Positions 59,988 through 64,000 of a stretch of 64,000 nucleotides of DNA are shown here, piece after piece. Location: positions 8,045 through 72,044 of the forward strand of contig JAKLZG010000091.1 in assembly GCA_024256165.1 (NCBI GenBank), written 5' to 3'. The stretch's first letter is position 1, and each line of letters opens with the position of its first letter. The translations under genes and the position numbers were made by a program. This stretch comes from Candidatus Methylarchaceae archaeon HK02M2. Lineage in GTDB: Archaea > Thermoproteota > Nitrososphaeria > Nitrososphaerales > JACAEJ01. Below the pieces are notes generated by a model, which worked only from the letters and a program-made list of their open reading frames with translations, was not told the origin of the DNA and searched no databases.

Positions 59988-60144
59988 TCTAGAATCTTAC
60001 TTTATAAAGAGATAGAGTTTACTAATATATCTCTGAATGTTTAGATATATTAGTAAACTCAAGTCTCATAATTTAGCATAAATCATTTAAATCTACTAGG
60101 ATAGTTATTAGAAGTATAATTTCATTCACTTAAAAATACAAAGA

Positions 60145-60233
60145 TAGCCCGGGCCAGATTCGAACTGGCGTCAGCGGGTAACTTCAGACAATCTTCCAAA
60201 GCCCGCTATGCTTGACCGCTACACCACCGGGCT
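60145..60233 (-). tRNA. tRNA-Gln(TTG) with 16-nt intron at 37/38 (60180-60195)
   Basis: AGCCCGG/CCGGGCT-A acceptor (A1-U72); GCGGG-CT-TTG-G[intron]A-CCCGC; BHB with CTTT/GAAG helix. Confidence 0.95.
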
Positions 60234-60804
60234 AAATTATAAGATTAATAGATCAGTTTATTCGGTTCATTTAAACTTTGACTATAGAAAGTATCTTTGT
60301 CATTTGGATTTTCTATACAGTTGATAATGACAATTAGAACATAGCTATCTAAATTAATTTGGCTTTGGATCATAGTTTCTTGTATACAGAGATGGAAAAG
60401 TTTTGCGATATTATTTTGATAGGATACAGGTCTCACAACTATTATTTAATGCATTTTGAAACTCAAATATCAAAGCATCATGAGAGGAAAGGTTTTTTCT
60501 TGCTGATTACATGATAAAAACGGGTATTATTGGACTTTGTCGTGGGTTAAGCAAACATTTTAAAATTTCTTTATATCGATTAAGTTGGAAAGAAGTGAAG
60601 ATCGTCAGGTATGCATTTTATAACATCGCTAAAAAAGTATGTAACTGATTTTAAATTAAATTATAAAGTGCATACATTTGTCTAAAGTTTAAAAAAGCAG
60701 TAATATTCTAAGGAGAGTTAGGGGCTTATAGAGAAGATTGCTAAAAATCTATAGAAGATCTAATCATGAACACCTTTAAAGCAAGATAGAAAAAGTGTAG
60801 TCTC

Positions 60805-61986
60805 ATGAGTAATCAATTATATATTATTACAGTCCAAGGCTTAGATAGACCTGGGCTTGTAGCTGGAATTTCAGAAATCTTAGCAGATGCAAATATTAAT
60901 ATCGTGGATATAGATCAAACAGTAATTAGAAAACTCTTTGCTATGTTTATAATATCAGATTTTACAAACTCTACTCAAACTGTAAATAAAATAAAAGAAA
61001 AACTCATTAAAAAAGGCAGAGAACTAAAAGTGAAGATATCTGTTGAACCTTACATATTAGATGAAGGTCTAAGGAGAAAAGAAGAGAGGAAATTGATATT
61101 ATTAACAATAATAGGTAAAGATAGACCAGGGATAGTAGCTAAATTTTCCAATATATGTGCAGAAAACGGTGTCAATATCGAAAGGGCGAAGATGATGGCA
61201 AGGGGTGATACGATCGCTATGGAACTACTTTTAAATACAGAGAATCTGTCAATAGATTTCAATAATTTAAAAAATTTACTTCATGAAGTAAGCCTAGGGC
61301 TAGGCTTGAGTGCTATAATTCAAAGACAAGATGTTTTTCGAAAAGCGAAAAAACTTGTTGTCTGTGATTTAGATTCTACTTTCATCCAGCAGGAAATAAT
61401 CGATGAAATTAGTGCTATAGCGGGAGTTGGGAAAAAGGTCAAATCAATAACAAGAAGAGCTATGGAAGGAGAGATAGATTATACTAAAGCTCTGAAGGAA
61501 AGAGTTGGGCTCTTAAAAGGTCTGGAAGTTTCTATTTTAGATGAAATTCTAAATAATATCTCATTTAGTAGTGGGGTCGAGGATCTTCTGCTGATTTTGA
61601 AAGAGCTTGGTTGTAAAATAGCGATTATAACAGGAAGTTTTTCTTATTTCACAGATAAAATCAAGGAAAAATTCGATATAGATTATGTGTTTGCTAATGA
61701 ACTAATAATTGAAAATGGCAAACTCACAGGAGAAGTCAAGGAGCCGATAATCGATGCTGAGATGAAGAGAAAATCAATACAAAAACTTATAGAAAAAGAA
61801 GGAATCAAAAGAGAAGAGGTTATCGCCATAGGAGATGGGGCGAATGATAGATTTATGCTCATGGAAGCTGGTTTGGGCATTGCCTTCGATGCTAAGGCAA
61901 TCTTGAGAAAAATTGCAGACGGTGTTATAAAGAAGGACAATTTAAGTGGTTTGATCTATTGTTTGAGTGAATTTAAAGACTATTAA
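60805..61986 (+). CDS. serB: Phosphoserine phosphatase with two ACT domains
   Basis: G.DRPG.V twice; HAD motifs DLDST, E.IDE, ERV..LKG, GDGAND. Confidence 0.94.
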   Translation: MSNQLYIITVQGLDRPGLVAGISEILADANINIVDIDQTVIRKLFAMFIISDFTNSTQTVNKIKEKLIKKGRELKVKISVEPYILDEGLRRKEERKLILLTIIGKDRPGIVAKFSNICAENGVNIERAKMMARGDTIAMELLLNTENLSIDFNNLKNLLHEVSLGLGLSAIIQRQDVFRKAKKLVVCDLDSTFIQQEIIDEISAIAGVGKKVKSITRRAMEGEIDYTKALKERVGLLKGLEVSILDEILNNISFSSGVEDLLLILKELGCKIAIITGSFSYFTDKIKEKFDIDYVFANELIIENGKLTGEVKEPIIDAEMKRKSIQKLIEKEGIKREEVIAIGDGANDRFMLMEAGLGIAFDAKAILRKIADGVIKKDNLSGLIYCLSEFKDY

Positions 61987-61997
61987 TCTTTATTTTT

Positions 61998-64000
61998 TCA
62001 AATTTTAGTACTCGTTTTGATCTTGGCTTGAGCAGCAGCGAATCTCGCTACAGGTACCCTAAAGGGAGAGCAGCTCACATAATTTAAACCAATTTCATGG
62101 CAGAACTCAATAGATGCTGGGTCTCCTCCATGTTCTCCGCAGATTCCTATTTTGATATTATTTCTAATCTTTTTTCCTAGATCTACACAAATCTTCATTA
62201 ACTTACCTAAACCTATACGATCTATTGTCTCAAATGGATTGGCCTCTAAGATATTCTCGTTAAGATAATTGTACAAGAACTTAGCTTCAGCATCATCCCT
62301 ACTATAACCAAAAACTGTCTGAGTCAGATCATTGGTACCAAATGAGAAAAACTGTGCGTATTTAGCTATCTCATCAGCTGTTAAAGCTGCTCTTGGTACT
62401 TCGATCATGGTTCCTATCAAATAATTCATCTTAATTCCAGCCTCTTCTAATACCTTATCTGCTATTTGTTGTATCTTTTCCCTTAGGAACTTTATCTCAC
62501 TTGCTTTGCCTACTAAAGGTAACATTATCTCTAATTTTGCACCTAAACCGTCTTTGGCGAGTTCGATAGCGGCTTCGAATATCGCTCGTGTTTGCATTTC
62601 GTAAATTTCGGGATAGCGTATGCCCAACCTGCAACCACGATGGCCGAGCATCGGGTTATGTTCATTTAGAGTCTGAACCTTCTTAAGAATCTTTGTTTTC
62701 TCAGCAAGGGTTTTCTCATCTGTTCCTAAAAGCCTTAACTCCGTCGTTTCAACAAGTAGGTCCTCTAATTTAGGTAAAAATTCATGTAACGGAAGATCTA
62801 GCAGCCTGATCGTCACAGGAAGATTATTCATAATCTTGAAGATTTCCTTAAAGTCGCTCTTCTGCATAGGTAATAGCTTATTTAAAACATTCTTCCTTTC
62901 TTCTTCTGTAGTAGCCATTATCATTTCTTGCACAATTGGTAGGCGATCTTGAGCATTGAACATCCGCTCTGTACGACATAGACCTATCCCTTCTGCTCCG
63001 AACATTCTTGCCCTCTCTGCACCTTCTGGTGTATCTGCATTGGTTCTAACGCCTAAAGTTCGGATTTCATCTGCCCAATTTAACAGTTCTTGCAACTCGG
63101 AGCTCAACTCTGGTTCTAAGGTGGGTACCTCTCCCCTAATTACATACCCTCTGGAACCATCAATAGTGAGGACATCCTCTTTCTTGATCGTTATACCACC
63201 TACATTAAATTTTTTAGCATCAAGGTCTATCTTTACATCACCAGCCCCTGAGACACAAGGTTTTCCCATGCCCCTTGCTACTACAGCAGCATGGCTCGTC
63301 ATTCCACCTCTGCTGGTCAAGATACCTTGCGCTGCGACCATGCCATGAATATCTTCAGGAGTAGTTTCTGCTCTAACTAAAATGACTTTCTCTCCAGAAC
63401 TCCCACGTTTGTCTGCTTCATTTACATCGAAGATAACGACCCCAGAGGCAGCTCCAGGAGATGCTGGGAGCCCCTTGGCTATAATTTCTATATTAGCATT
63501 AGGGTCTATTCGCCTATGTAATAATTGTTCAATCTGGTTGGGCCTTATCCTGATTATTGCCTCCTCATTGCTGATTAACCCTTCCTTAACCATATCTACT
63601 GCAATCTTAACTGCTGCTTGAGCTGTGCGTTTTCCAGACCTTGTCTGTAACATGTAGAATTTTCCGTTCTCTATCGTAAACTCGATATCTTGTAAATCCC
63701 TATAATGTTTTTCTAAGAGATAACAAGTTCGTTCTAATTCCTCATATATCTTTGGTGCTTCTTCCCTCATCTCTTCTATCGACTTGGGTGTGCGTATTCC
63801 AGCTACTACATCTTCACCTTGAGCATTCATAAGGTACTCTCCGTATAGCTTATTTTCACCAGTTGAAGGGTTGCGAGTAAAGGCTACGCCGGTACCTGAA
63901 CTTGGACCTCTGTTTCCAAATACCATCGCTTGAATATTGACAGCTGTACCTATGTCGTTCGAGATTTTATTGATTTCACGGTATTTTTTGGCCCTTGGAG
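61998..64000 (-). CDS. ppdK: Pyruvate, phosphate dikinase (partial, N-terminus beyond the window)
   Basis: MVFGN, TGV.FTRNP.TGE, QGEDVVAG.RTP, GGMTSHAAVVAR, GIGLCRTE, NPMLGHRGCR, FSFGTNDL, GICGEHGG. Confidence 0.97.
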   Translation of the reverse strand, partial: PRAKKYREINKISNDIGTAVNIQAMVFGNRGPSSGTGVAFTRNPSTGENKLYGEYLMNAQGEDVVAGIRTPKSIEEMREEAPKIYEELERTCYLLEKHYRDLQDIEFTIENGKFYMLQTRSGKRTAQAAVKIAVDMVKEGLISNEEAIIRIRPNQIEQLLHRRIDPNANIEIIAKGLPASPGAASGVVIFDVNEADKRGSSGEKVILVRAETTPEDIHGMVAAQGILTSRGGMTSHAAVVARGMGKPCVSGAGDVKIDLDAKKFNVGGITIKKEDVLTIDGSRGYVIRGEVPTLEPELSSELQELLNWADEIRTLGVRTNADTPEGAERARMFGAEGIGLCRTERMFNAQDRLPIVQEMIMATTEEERKNVLNKLLPMQKSDFKEIFKIMNNLPVTIRLLDLPLHEFLPKLEDLLVETTELRLLGTDEKTLAEKTKILKKVQTLNEHNPMLGHRGCRLGIRYPEIYEMQTRAIFEAAIELAKDGLGAKLEIMLPLVGKASEIKFLREKIQQIADKVLEEAGIKMNYLIGTMIEVPRAALTADEIAKYAQFFSFGTNDLTQTVFGYSRDDAEAKFLYNYLNENILEANPFETIDRIGLGKLMKICVDLGKKIRNNIKIGICGEHGGDPASIEFCHEIGLNYVSCSPFRVPVARFAAAQAKIKTSTKI

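Noticed and set aside
60245..60436. 63-aa ORF upstream of tRNA-Gln
   Set aside because: No SD or motif; overlaps the likely tRNA promoter region
230..63621. Many 60-170 aa ORFs antisense or out of frame within recognised genes (e.g. 230-541, 16900-17376, 17392-17901, 23112-23486, 40743-41180, 62956-63348)
   Set aside because: Shadow ORFs of well-supported genes, with no motifs
1..64000. CRISPR array, rRNA genes, transposase or integrase
   Set aside because: No regularly spaced repeats, long GC-rich RNA genes or recognisable transposase/integrase motifs seen

Overview
AT-rich archaeal chromosome segment. The gene set suggests a deep-branching, probably non-ammonia-oxidising Nitrososphaerota (Thaumarchaeota)/TACK lineage; this is an inference from eL38, the extended Lsm, the short XPF, the Hjc-like resolvase and tRNAs with non-canonical introns. 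The right half is mostly core genes: the proteasome/exosome superoperon, eL43, eL38, a beta-CASP RNase, tgtA, Lsm, a frameshifted AK6/Fap7, dnaJ-dnaK-grpE, tiaS, mrp, serB, ppdK, pckG, tmk and the archaeal mevalonate genes (AcnX subunits plus UbiD). The left half is more accessory: a stand-alone mtrH behind a LAGLIDADG remnant, a stand-alone NurA(+wHTH)-HerA pair, LemA-DUF2207, gpgS, pstSCAB, and a patchwork region between inward-facing tRNA-His and tRNA-Phe. There are four tRNAs (Ala, His, Phe, Gln), three of them intron-containing. Most notable: (1) the enlarged NurA-HerA operon without mre11/rad50; (2) an unannotated K-turn/box C/D-like RNA whose guide matches the SSU rRNA C1402 site; (3) several genes apparently starting at ATT or CTG behind good Shine-Dalgarno motifs; (4) a 59-bp identical tract shared by pstC and pstA; (5) a -1 frameshift in an A9 run of AK6/Fap7. 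All calls come from motif recognition by eye; no database searches were run.
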